A DNA stretch of 64,000 bases from an uncultured archaeon (lineage in GTDB: Archaea > Thermoproteota > Nitrososphaeria_A > Caldarchaeales > Wolframiiraptoraceae), in the NCBI GenBank assembly GCA_938083505.1, contig CALKCF010000007.1:64001-128000 (forward strand), written 5' to 3'. The position numbers and the translations under genes were made by a program. Positions 19,884-29,692 of the stretch are shown here, one piece after another. Below the pieces are notes generated by a model. It saw only the letters and a program-made list of their open reading frames with translations, searched no databases and was not told the origin of the DNA. Numbering within the stretch: the first letter of the stretch is position 1; each line of letters begins with the position of its first letter.

Positions 19884-20946
19884 GTTTGACGTGATAGTGG
19901 TTGGTGGTGGCCCTGCAGGTACTGCGTGTGCGATCAGATGTGCTAAAATGGGATTCAGGACAATGTTATTGGAAAAATCAACAAGTTACAGAAAGAAATT
20001 CTGCGGCGGCGTCACACCAACCGTAACAAGAAATTTGATAGAATTCGAGCTAGGGTTGAGAATACCTCAATCGGTGCTGTCTGTCCCAGAAAGTTTAGGA
20101 CTTTTCTACGTACCTCCCAGTGGGAAGTGCAACGGTGGTACAATGAAGAATTATAAATTACTTAATTTGCGTAGGGTTGACTTTGACGAATGGTTAAGGG
20201 AAGAGGTTAAGACACATAACGTCGACCTTTTATACCGTGCAGAATTTCTCGAGTTGAAGTTAGGAAAGGATAACCTGTTAAAGGTGAATGTGAATGGTAG
20301 TCTGGAGGTCTTTGAAGCTACTTATGTGGTTGGTGCTGACGGGGCTATTTCAAAAGTTCGTTCTTGCCTGTTTCCAAACTATAGGTCTAAAATACTCACT
20401 GTTGTACAAGAAGTTTGGGAGGGGGAAGGAGACTTTAAAGATAATTTTTACATAATTCTTAACAGCAAAATCGTGCCAACTTATGGTTACGTAATTCCTA
20501 AAGACGGAAAAATTCTTGTAGGTTTTGGCTTTGAAAGTGGAAGGATTAACTTGCAGCTTTGTATGACCAAACTTTTGAGTTTACTAAAAGATGAGTTTTC
20601 GTTCAAACCTGTGGAGATGAGTGCAAGAGAAATCGCACCCGTACCGTTCGCTATTTCACCTATAGGTCTCGAGAATGTCGTACTCGTTGGAGATGCCTGT
20701 GGGTTATGTAACCCCTTCTCAGGAGAAGGTATAAGATTTGCGATCGAGAGTGGTGTGGCCGCTGCGGAATCTATTAAGATATCACAAGAAGAGAACGCAA
20801 AGTTGACATCGGTTTATGAATCAAAAATAGATGGGTTAAGGGATTTTTTGCTCAGAATGTATGCATTCGTAAACGAGCTTGATGATGAAAAGAGAGAGGA
20901 TTTCGTCAGGAAGGAACTGTCACGCCTTAACGTATTCGGTATATAA
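19876..20946 (+). CDS. FAD-dependent geranylgeranyl-reductase-family oxidoreductase (LipT-like by context)
   Basis: GGGPAG, KFCGG, GADG and GDACG..PFSGEGI; overlaps the ligase stop. Confidence 0.75.
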   Translation: MHKFDVIVVGGGPAGTACAIRCAKMGFRTMLLEKSTSYRKKFCGGVTPTVTRNLIEFELGLRIPQSVLSVPESLGLFYVPPSGKCNGGTMKNYKLLNLRRVDFDEWLREEVKTHNVDLLYRAEFLELKLGKDNLLKVNVNGSLEVFEATYVVGADGAISKVRSCLFPNYRSKILTVVQEVWEGEGDFKDNFYIILNSKIVPTYGYVIPKDGKILVGFGFESGRINLQLCMTKLLSLLKDEFSFKPVEMSAREIAPVPFAISPIGLENVVLVGDACGLCNPFSGEGIRFAIESGVAAAESIKISQEENAKLTSVYESKIDGLRDFLLRMYAFVNELDDEKREDFVRKELSRLNVFGI

Positions 20947-20947
20947 C

Positions 20948-21994
20948 TCAGCAAATCCTCGGAACCGGGTCACCGATCGGTGGGGGTAGGAGCCTCCTAC
21001 CCCCTATTACCGTCTCAAGTACAACATGTTCGTACTTATCGGTGGCCTCACCTATTATCTCGGCATCCTTACCTTCTGGCGTCTCGCGTATGGCTTCTAA
21101 TACTGCCTCGGCCATTTGAGGCACCACAGCGATTATAACTTTTCCTTCGTTTCCTACCTCAAGCGGATCTATGCCCAGCATCTCGCAAGCAGCTCTAACA
21201 CCTTCCCTTATCGGTATTTTCTCTTCTTTTATGTAAATTCCGACTCCTGACTTTTGAGACCATTCATTAAGAGCATTTGATAGGCCGCCCCTTGTCGGGT
21301 CCTTCATAGCAACAATTCCGCCAACCTCTAAAGCCCTCTTTATCATTTTGTTAAGGGGTGCGACGTCAGACTTTACGAGAGTATCGAACCCGTAACCCTC
21401 CCTCGAGGAAAGTACGGCTATGCCGTGATCGCCGATAGTCCCAGAAACTATTATCTTGTCACCCGGCCTGACGTTAGAATCAAGTAACCATCTTGTCTCT
21501 ATGTTCCTGTAACGCTTAACGACACTAAGATTGTGGTCTAATGCTGCCTGCCTCCTTCCGATACCGGACGAGTTTATGATGAATTTGTCTAAAGCACCCC
21601 TTTCCACAACTTTTGTGTCGCCGGTTGCTACAAATACGTCGGCTTCTATGCAAGTCTGTCTTATGCTTAAAATTATGCTCTCAAAATCTGACAGCGAAAA
21701 CCCCTCCTCTAAAACAAAACCCATCGCGAGCGCAACGGGCTCTGCCCCCAGCACAGATATGTCGTTTACTGTTCCTGAGACCGCCAACCTCCCTATATCG
21801 CCGCCTGGAAAGAATAACGGCTTAACAGTATAAGAATCTGACTTTATTACAGTATCATTCACAACGGCGGCATCGTCCAGCGCCTCTAAGGGTACTTCAG
21901 CATTCCCCCATGCAAGGTTCTTGATTATGAAGTCCTTAATCAGAGACTGCATCACGACGCCCCCTGCACCATGAGCCATCGTTATCCTATCCAA
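20948..21994 (-). CDS. hypE: Hydrogenase maturation protein HypE
   Basis: ITMAHGAGG, FFPGGDIG, DPTRGG and C-terminal PRIC. Confidence 0.97.
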   Translation of the reverse strand: MDRITMAHGAGGVVMQSLIKDFIIKNLAWGNAEVPLEALDDAAVVNDTVIKSDSYTVKPLFFPGGDIGRLAVSGTVNDISVLGAEPVALAMGFVLEEGFSLSDFESIILSIRQTCIEADVFVATGDTKVVERGALDKFIINSSGIGRRQAALDHNLSVVKRYRNIETRWLLDSNVRPGDKIIVSGTIGDHGIAVLSSREGYGFDTLVKSDVAPLNKMIKRALEVGGIVAMKDPTRGGLSNALNEWSQKSGVGIYIKEEKIPIREGVRAACEMLGIDPLEVGNEGKVIIAVVPQMAEAVLEAIRETPEGKDAEIIGEATDKYEHVVLETVIGGRRLLPPPIGDPVPRIC

Positions 21995-22141
21995 AGGGCA
22001 TCAACCTCCCTGTGTTAACATAAACAACACTACTATTTTATTTCATACATAGGCAAGGTCGAAATCTTTAAAGCACCCTCTTGCTACCTAGTTTTATTTT
22101 ATTTTGTATATACGAGCATAATACGGAATGCGTCAATTAAA

Positions 22142-23202
22142 ATGCGCCCACATCTCCGTAAGGTCATAAAGCTGGTAGGTCTGCCCTAGCCGTGACGTTG
22201 CCCAAAGAGTGGGTATCCTTAATCAAGCTAAAAGAGGGCGATTATGTCATCATAGAGGATACCGAAGAAAGCCGCGTCAAAATAAAGAAAGCTGATAGTG
22301 AATTTGGGATTCCACCTACTGTCTGTGTCATTAATGCGGATGTTTGCACATCGCAAAATATGCTGCGGAGGATCATAATCGGCGCATACTTGGTTGGTCA
22401 CAAAATCATTTGGGTACAGACGGAGAGTGGTTTCAAACCTAACGACATCGAAGGAATAAGAGCTCTGACAGAGATTCTTGTAGGACTTCACGTAACGGAT
22501 CAGACTGATAACATAATCATACTCCAGAGTCTTGCTGACCCTTCTAGACCAATGATCGATAGCTCTATCCGTAGACTCTACTTAATATCTTCTAGCATGT
22601 ACGAGGTGGCGCTTGGCATCCTTTTAGGCGAGGAGGATCCAAAACGTCTTGAAGACATCAAGGCGCTTGAGATAGAGTGTGACAAAATTTATTGGCTTGT
22701 AACAAGACAACTACTTTTATCGGTCAATGATAGGGCTTTAGCAGAGGAGCTAGGCATAAGGTCTAACCTTTGGCTTTTAGGAAATAGGACAGTTATTAGG
22801 ATGTTAAAAAGTATAGTTGCAGATAGTGAGTGTATATCTAGATATGTTGAAAACTTACTGAAGCTTGGCTATAAACTCGACGCGGAGACCGCACGTTGGT
22901 TTACCAACATACGTGAGGAGATCAGAAAGTTATCGAATATGGCAATTGATTCTCTTATTACGAGAGACTTGATGGGTGGCAATAATGCTGTTGAATCTGC
23001 GAACAAGCTTGCGAAACTTCTTGAGGCAGCGGAGATGGTGGCTCCAAAAAAATATAATGTTAACGTCTGCCCATCAATATCAGGCATAGTCAGGTCTTTA
23101 AGAAATATCGTTCTAAACTATAGATACGTAGGGGAGGTTGCAATTAACAGGTCAGTTGAAGAATCTGGTGAATACATGAATATAGACACCGGTGATTTTT
23201 AG
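22142..23202 (+). CDS. AbrB-PhoU domain transcriptional regulator; 1-nt frameshift near 22174
   Basis: MRPHLRKVIKL/GRSALAVTLPKEW (AbrB) joins the 22192 ORF; IIGAYLVG and ECDKIYWL..RQL (PhoU). Confidence 0.75.
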
Positions 23203-23253
23203 GAGAAAACTTAGAGCATCATATTTAAATAGAGTATAAAAACATAAAACCGT

Positions 23254-23709
23254 ATGAATAATGAGGCCAACATAAACTCCTTAATTTTTAACGTAAAGTT
23301 ACAATGGGACCATTCCACAGGTGTTGAGGCCTTTACTAAAAGGGGCATAATTTATCTAGATATGCCTAAGGAGTTTGGTGGTCTGGGAAGACATCCTTGC
23401 CCAGATGAAGTGTTTCTTTCTGCTTTGGGAGGGTGCATGATAACTACGTTAATTTACTTCCAGCGACGAATGGGTGCAAAGATAGAAGGCATAGAAGTTA
23501 ATGTTGATGGAGAGATCAAGCTGGATAATGGAGGATACAGAATCACTAATATAAAAATTAAGTTAAGGGTTCTAGTAGAAGAACCAGAACTTGAAAAGGC
23601 TGCAAGATGCGCAAAGTTAGCTATAAAGTATTGCCATTTAACTAGGTCTATAGAACCAGCTATTGCTGTAACTACGGAGTACGAGATCGTTAGTCCAAAT
23701 CATTCCTGA
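23254..23709 (+). CDS. OsmC/Ohr family protein
   Basis: DMPKEFGG..PCPDEVFLSALGGC and KYCHLTRSI; both catalytic-type Cys present. Confidence 0.85.
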   Translation: MNNEANINSLIFNVKLQWDHSTGVEAFTKRGIIYLDMPKEFGGLGRHPCPDEVFLSALGGCMITTLIYFQRRMGAKIEGIEVNVDGEIKLDNGGYRITNIKIKLRVLVEEPELEKAARCAKLAIKYCHLTRSIEPAIAVTTEYEIVSPNHS

Positions 23710-23794
23710 AACACAAGCTAATTATTTTTAAAGAATTTTAAAAAATAAGTTAATGTTTATTTGTAATTAGGTTTGATAAAAAAATGTGGTAGTT

Positions 23795-24223
23795 ATGGTG
23801 AAGTTGTTTGACAAGTACGAGTTTCCAGAAGGTTTGTACTACTCTAAGGACCATCTCTGGTTAAAAATTGAGGGTGATGTTGTAAGAGTTGGCGTTACAG
23901 ACCTAGCACAACAAGCGGCTGGTCCGATAGTGTATGTAAGACTCGTACCAAAGGGTAAGGTTGTGGAGGCGGGTAAGCCTTTAGGGACTATGGAAACCGG
24001 GAAATGGGTTGGACCTTTGAAGTCTCCCGTATCCGGAACGATAGTTGAGGTTAATGAAGCCCTTAAATCTCAGCCTAAACTTTTGAATGAAGACCCGTAC
24101 GGAAAGGGGTGGTTAGCAGTTATAAAACCCTCAAAACTTGAGGAAGAACTGAAGGGGTTATTCTCGAAAGTTGAAGATATGATTCCATGGTTACAGGAGG
24201 AGTTACCGAAACTTATCAAATAA
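23795..24223 (+). CDS. Lipoyl-carrier protein (GcvH/LbpA-like) with intact lipoyl lysine
   Basis: YYSKDHLW, VGVTD, ETGKWVGPLKSPVSG (Lys codon 24002-24004) and NEDPYGKGW. Confidence 0.9.
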   Translation: MVKLFDKYEFPEGLYYSKDHLWLKIEGDVVRVGVTDLAQQAAGPIVYVRLVPKGKVVEAGKPLGTMETGKWVGPLKSPVSGTIVEVNEALKSQPKLLNEDPYGKGWLAVIKPSKLEEELKGLFSKVEDMIPWLQEELPKLIK

Positions 24224-24262
24224 CCAACTTGGTTGCTAATTGTTTAAAATAAAACTTTTTTG

Positions 24263-25432
24263 CTATATTAAACTCAGTTGTTCCGCTATCAGCTGTGATA
24301 TGTCAATAACGCGCTTACCGTCTTGCATTGTGGTGGCTGTTTGAGTGAATGTTTGAACGCATGCAGGACATGCCGAGACAATAATATCAGCATTCGTGGA
24401 TGTTAATATTTCATATCTTCTTTGGGCGAGATTATCGGCCAAGTATGGATTGACTAACTTCAGGAGACCTCCAGAACCACAACATATTGATTCCCTACCA
24501 AAATACTTAGGCTCTATGAATGTATCTGTAATACTTTGTAAAACCATTCTAGGCTCTTGAATGATGCCGGATATTCTTCCGAGCTCACATGGATCATGAT
24601 AGGTTAATTTTACGTCTGCCTTAGGAACTGCAAGCTTTCCAGAAGTTATGTATGAGTTGAGAAGTTGAGTTGAATGTAGTACTTCGAATCCAGGTTTTTT
24701 ACCCAAGAGTTTCGGATATTCATGCTTAAGCGCAATGTAACAGCCTGGGCAACCTGTCACAACTTTCTTTGCACCAATAGACTCTATCATCTCAACATTA
24801 TGGAGTGCAAAGGTTCTGGCCTCTTTAATACCACCGGAGAGAACGAGTGGATGGCCACAACACCATTCGTCCTTTAACAACGTCCAATCTTCATTCATAG
24901 AATTTAAAATCGACGAAAACGCCTGCGCAATTGACTGAACCCTACCGGAGAACGATGTTATACAGCCAACAAAGTAAACGACTTCTGCCGAATCCTTAAA
25001 ATTTACGTCAGCACTGGTGTAAGTAACCCAATCCGTCCTTGATACATTGTCCATCATGTAGATGTTCTTTGATTGTTGTATTATTTCAGATAATTTGATA
25101 ACGCCCTGAGGCACTAACCTATGTTCATATAATATCTCCCTAATTTTTAACCATATTTCTAAAACATCGATCTCTGTATGACAAACTTCTTTGCATAATC
25201 CACACAATGTACAGTTAAAAATCCTCGTAGACAATGGTTTTCCAAGTTTACGTAGCTTTTGTTCATCTAGTTTACCACCATTTCCTAAAAATTCTTTAAG
25301 AGCGAATATTTTGCCCCTTGGCGATGCCGACTCCCATCCCAAAAAGTAATAAGTAGGGCACTTCTTCACACAATAACCGCACTGAGCACATGCGAAGACA
25401 TTCTCTAAATGCAATTTTGGTAAGATGAACAT
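24263..25432 (-). CDS. HdrD/GlpC-like Fe-S oxidoreductase (2x4Fe-4S plus two CCG domains)
   Basis: CAQCGYC..CP, CTLCGLC..C, GC..WCCG..CPGC and HDPC..CCG..CPAC. Confidence 0.9.
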   Translation of the reverse strand: MFILPKLHLENVFACAQCGYCVKKCPTYYFLGWESASPRGKIFALKEFLGNGGKLDEQKLRKLGKPLSTRIFNCTLCGLCKEVCHTEIDVLEIWLKIREILYEHRLVPQGVIKLSEIIQQSKNIYMMDNVSRTDWVTYTSADVNFKDSAEVVYFVGCITSFSGRVQSIAQAFSSILNSMNEDWTLLKDEWCCGHPLVLSGGIKEARTFALHNVEMIESIGAKKVVTGCPGCYIALKHEYPKLLGKKPGFEVLHSTQLLNSYITSGKLAVPKADVKLTYHDPCELGRISGIIQEPRMVLQSITDTFIEPKYFGRESICCGSGGLLKLVNPYLADNLAQRRYEILTSTNADIIVSACPACVQTFTQTATTMQDGKRVIDISQLIAEQLSLI

Positions 25433-25433
25433 C

Positions 25434-26864
25434 TTACATCACTCTTCTTAAAAACCACATACCATCCATGAACATGCTATACAGCTTCCCAGGGAGGGGG
25501 AAACCCAACCTGAGTCTAACCTCTATCATTTTGCCCGGGTTTAGCACGTTCCATGGATCTAGCATGCGTTTAATTCTTTTAAGTTCGCGCTTTTTCTCCG
25601 GTTCTGCTCTCTCCATAAATTGGAAGTTCCATAATCCATAACCGTAAGGTTTACCTCCAGCCTTTATGGCAGCATCAAGTACTTTTTTTGTTATTGCCGC
25701 ACTCATAAGATATCTGAGAGATTTTCTTTCATCACAAAGGAATAGCTGGAACATTAGAGCTTTGTATCTCGATATAAACATGACCTCAACTTCTACATCT
25801 AAATGTGCTTGGTTACCCAGCTGCCAACAGTATTTCACCATGTCCAATATTTTATGTGTTGGTATTATGAACTCATTGCCTAGGATACTTGGTCCCCACT
25901 TCTTAATCTTCAGCGTATAAAATCTTTCTTCCCATTCACGTCTTGCCTCATCTTCTGGAACAAGATATCCCCGATATCGGTTTACTATGTTGTCCAATGT
26001 AAGGTACTGCTTATAAACCTCATACCTATTACCATCAACGCATCCAAAGAAATACGTGTCAGACTCAACGTAATCCTTTGTCCTGACAAATCCGAAGGCT
26101 TTTAGGACAAGGGAATGCGGACTTGTTAGTCTCAGGACTTCTTGAGCTGACATCAAAGCGTTGGCAAAATTGCTGAAGTTCGCCATAAACGGCACCTCCA
26201 CATCGCTTTTCGGAATTAGCTTCAAAGTTAAATCAGCAAATATGCATAAGATCCCTTCAGATCCGAAAAGTTGTGATAGGTTAGGGTTGCTTTTGTCATC
26301 AACCACAACGATCCTTCCAGACGGAAGGACTACGGTTGCTTTGACAACGTTCTTGAGGAATGGACCGTACTTAAGAGAACCATAACCTATCCCACCAGTT
26401 GCCGCCCAGCCACCAACGGTTGAGCTTAACGCACTTGAAGGGTATGTTGGTAGCTTCCAACGCGTCTCTCGCAGAAAATGCATGATGTCTTCCCATACGG
26501 CTCCACATTCAACGGTCAGTAACCCATTTTTTTCGTCGAAATGAACGATCCTGTTAAGCCCCGTCAAGTCTAAAATTATGCCACCCTTTACAGGTATTGT
26601 GCCCCCGAATCCCCATGTAGCGCCACCCCGAGGTATAACGGGGATCCTGTATTCATTTGCTAATCTCATAATTTCTGCTATATGTTCTGTAGTCTTCGGT
26701 CGTACTATTGCGACAGGTGTTGTGTCAAAGAGTGGCTTTACAAATTTGGGTAAAACTGCCAAGTCGTGAGAATAAACTAGCTTTTCAAGTAGATCTACAG
26801 ATACGTATTCTTGTCCTAACTTGTTAATAACTTCGTTCAAAAAATCACTAGAAGTGCTCATCAC
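25434..26864 (-). CDS. FAD-linked oxidase, GlcD/D-lactate dehydrogenase fold
   Basis: PRGGAT..GG, STVGGW, GSEGIL and DPWNVLNPGK. Confidence 0.88.
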   Translation of the reverse strand: MMSTSSDFLNEVINKLGQEYVSVDLLEKLVYSHDLAVLPKFVKPLFDTTPVAIVRPKTTEHIAEIMRLANEYRIPVIPRGGATWGFGGTIPVKGGIILDLTGLNRIVHFDEKNGLLTVECGAVWEDIMHFLRETRWKLPTYPSSALSSTVGGWAATGGIGYGSLKYGPFLKNVVKATVVLPSGRIVVVDDKSNPNLSQLFGSEGILCIFADLTLKLIPKSDVEVPFMANFSNFANALMSAQEVLRLTSPHSLVLKAFGFVRTKDYVESDTYFFGCVDGNRYEVYKQYLTLDNIVNRYRGYLVPEDEARREWEERFYTLKIKKWGPSILGNEFIIPTHKILDMVKYCWQLGNQAHLDVEVEVMFISRYKALMFQLFLCDERKSLRYLMSAAITKKVLDAAIKAGGKPYGYGLWNFQFMERAEPEKKRELKRIKRMLDPWNVLNPGKMIEVRLRLGFPLPGKLYSMFMDGMWFLRRVM

Positions 26865-26874
26865 GTCCTCATGC

Positions 26875-27294
26875 CTATTTTGTTAGTTCGTCAAAGTACT
26901 TTAGGTCTTCTTCATAATTGATCGGCTTAAGCACGGCGATCCAGCCTTCGCCGTAGGGGTCCTCATTTATAAGCTCAGGCTTTTCTCTCAGCTTCTCATT
27001 GAGCTCAACTATCCAGCCGGATACTGGACTTCTTAATAGCACCACACGCATGCCATGTTCAACAGAGCCGAAAGGATGCCCCCTAGTGATTAGACGCCCC
27101 TTCGGAAGGGCTCTAACGAATTCTATCGTGCCCACAAAGTCTGCAATGTCCTTTCTAAGACCAACCCGTACAAGAATCTCAGAGTAATCGGTTACTTGCT
27201 CAAGCCTCGCCCACATACCGTGGCTAACCTTCGAGACGAACAACTTTCCTACGAGCGCGGAAATGGGCATTACCATTTTCTTAAACCACCTCAA
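26875..27294 (-). CDS. GcvH-like protein lacking the lipoyl lysine
   Basis: HGMW, VRVG, GSVEHGMRVVLLRSPVSG (Met at the Lys site) and INEDPYGEGW. Confidence 0.85.
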   Translation of the reverse strand: MRWFKKMVMPISALVGKLFVSKVSHGMWARLEQVTDYSEILVRVGLRKDIADFVGTIEFVRALPKGRLITRGHPFGSVEHGMRVVLLRSPVSGWIVELNEKLREKPELINEDPYGEGWIAVLKPINYEEDLKYFDELTK

Positions 27295-27386
27295 AATAGT
27301 GCTTAATTACAGTGCTATATCATTCGTAACTTATTGTTTCATATAGCTGACAAATATCACGTATACGCTATATATAAATATCAGGC

Positions 27387-28493
27387 TTGCCGTTTTCACA
27401 TAGAGAATTGAATACAGAAAGCAGTCGTTTTTATGGCCGCACACTAAGAAAGGTAATAAAGCTTGGTCGATCGGCGTTATGTGTTACTTTACCAAAAGCT
27501 TGGGTTGATGCTGTTGGGATAAAGGAGAATGATTATTTAGTTGTAAGACAGAGTGGTGATTCGTTAGAATTAAGCAAAGTTGAACAAGAGGAGGGTGTTG
27601 GACCACCGGTTTGTATAATAAACGTGGATGCATGTGTAGAACCTTATTCTATCACTAGAGTTTTGATAGGAGCTTATATAGCTGGTCACGAAACGATCTG
27701 GCTACAATCTAAAAGACCATTCACACAGAAACAGATCGAGGAAGTTAACACAATAACAAGAAAACTTATTGGAGTTCACGTCGTGGATAGTTCTGAAAAT
27801 ATCATAATTATTCAGAACCTTTCGAACCCCATAAGACCTTCTATGGATAGTTCCATCAGGAGGTTCCATAGCCTTGTAGCGCATATGCTTGATAGTGCGG
27901 TAAGTATGCTATCAAGCAGCAACCAAGATGCTATTAAGCACATTATGAGTATAAGTGAAGAATGTGATAGGCTTTACTGGTTAACGGTAAGGCAACTTAT
28001 AAGGGCAGTCAGCGACCCAAGTGTACGAGAAGCCCTTGGGATAAAGTCAACTCTATGGTTGCTTGGCAATAGGCTAGTCTTACTTTTGCTTAAAAGAGCA
28101 GTCAATTTATGCGAGTCGATTGCTCTCTCAGTATATGAAATATTTACGAGTGGGTGTGGCATTGAGAAACGCATCGTAGATTGGTGCATAGATTTTTGCA
28201 CAACGCTAAAGCATACGTCTCAAGGTGCGATGGACTCTCTCCTATCAAGGGACCTTTTGCTAGCAAACAAAGTAATATCACAAATCGACGCCTTAGTTAA
28301 AGAGAAAATAGAGATTGGTGAAAAGTTGACCAGTAACAGTAAATCGTTCAGACATTACCTTTTCCGAATAATACATGCTCTTAAAGAAATTGGTTTATGC
28401 TATCGTCAGATTGCAGAAGTGGCAATAAATAGGTCACTAGAGGAATCTGGAAAATTTGTTACTATTGAATGCCCACTCAAGGACTTCGACTAA
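27387..28493 (+). CDS. AbrB-PhoU domain transcriptional regulator (second paralogue)
   Basis: RKVIKLGRSALCVTLPKAW, IGAYIAG and ECDRLYWL..RQL; close paralogue of 22142..23202. Confidence 0.82.
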   Translation: MPFSHRELNTESSRFYGRTLRKVIKLGRSALCVTLPKAWVDAVGIKENDYLVVRQSGDSLELSKVEQEEGVGPPVCIINVDACVEPYSITRVLIGAYIAGHETIWLQSKRPFTQKQIEEVNTITRKLIGVHVVDSSENIIIIQNLSNPIRPSMDSSIRRFHSLVAHMLDSAVSMLSSSNQDAIKHIMSISEECDRLYWLTVRQLIRAVSDPSVREALGIKSTLWLLGNRLVLLLLKRAVNLCESIALSVYEIFTSGCGIEKRIVDWCIDFCTTLKHTSQGAMDSLLSRDLLLANKVISQIDALVKEKIEIGEKLTSNSKSFRHYLFRIIHALKEIGLCYRQIAEVAINRSLEESGKFVTIECPLKDFD

Positions 28494-28501
28494 AGTTAAA
28501 T

Positions 28502-29689
28502 CTATAGCAGGTTGTTCTGCTGAACAATCAGCTGGCTCATGTCTAACACTTTGGGGCCTTTTTCAATTTTTGGTTCAACGGATGCGAAGGTTTGCACGCA
28601 TGTCGGACATGCTGAGAGCATATATTCAGAACCCGTGTCCTTCAAAATTCTCAACCTTTGAATGGCGAGCTGCTTCGAAAGTTCTGAGTTTAACATTTTT
28701 AGCATACCACCAGAGCCATAGCACACACCTTCCATACTATGGCCATATGGTTTAACAAACTCTCGTGTTACTTGCCTAATAACGTTCCTAGGTTCTTCGA
28801 TAACGTCCTTGAGTCTACCCAATTCACAAAGATCATGATACGTAACTCTAGCTTCTAAAATTGGCATCCTTAATTTATCATCAGCTATATATCTGTTGAG
28901 CAGTTCTGTGAAATGGAGCACCTCAAACTCTAACTTATAAACCCGTCACAACGGCCTTTAGCACTAACGGACGTTAGCTGTTTTATGTTGCGCTTTACTA
29001 ACTTTATAGCCTTACCAATTCCACTGCTAACTGTGAGAGGATGACCACAACAAGCCTCATCCTTCAAAAGGGTCCAATCCTCACCCAAACAGTTCAATAT
29101 CGAAGTTATGACTGCAGGTATGTCTTGCGCTCTACCCTGATAAGACGAGATACAACCAACAAAATATACTATGGTAGCACTATCTTTAACTTTGACATCC
29201 ACTCCTGTGTATAGCGACCAGTTGGTTCTTGCAGAATTATCCACACTAAAAACGTTCTTCGTCCCGTTAATCATATCATGGAGATTATTTAAGAAGTCAA
29301 CAGCGCAATGGACGTTGCCAAGAAATCCCCATGAAATATTCTTTCATGGAGGTTATAAGCGATGGTGTGTCTATACTGATTGGGCAGAATACGCTACACC
29401 TACCGCATAGCGAACAGTTTAGAAATAGAGCATCGGCCAGTTCCCAAACCTCTTCATCTGATGGGGACCTTAATCCAAAAAGTTTTGCTTTAAAACTATG
29501 GTCTTTACGAACCAGAGATCTAAATCGTCTGATAATTCCGCCACAACTCGTGGGAAAGCCCAATGGATGTGAATTAGAGTTCAGAGGCCTGTATAGCGAG
29601 CACTCTTCTCTACATATCTCGCACCTGACACAACCATCAAGCTCGACAATCTGCTTAACACTTAACGGTATCCTTTTCGCTTTTGCCAT
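28502..29689 (-). pseudogene. HdrD-like Fe-S oxidoreductase, fragmented
   Basis: Three consecutive ORF pieces carry CxxCxxC motifs, VGC..CCG and HDLC..CYG..CPTC. Frameshifts are present and the first CPGC segment is lost. Confidence 0.85.
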
Positions 29690-29692
29690 ACC

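Noticed and set aside
19876-20946. Lipid geranylgeranyl reductase acting with Tes
   Set aside because: Overlap with the lipoate ligase favours a LipT-like role. The alternative is not excluded but is less parsimonious.
22165-22180. Programmed -1 frameshift in the AbrB-PhoU gene
   Set aside because: No slippery heptamer or obvious downstream structure; mutation or sequencing error is more likely.
23786-27294. Glycine cleavage system
   Set aside because: Only H-fold proteins are present; there are no P, T or L subunits in the window and one copy lacks the lipoyl Lys. The rest of the genome is unseen.
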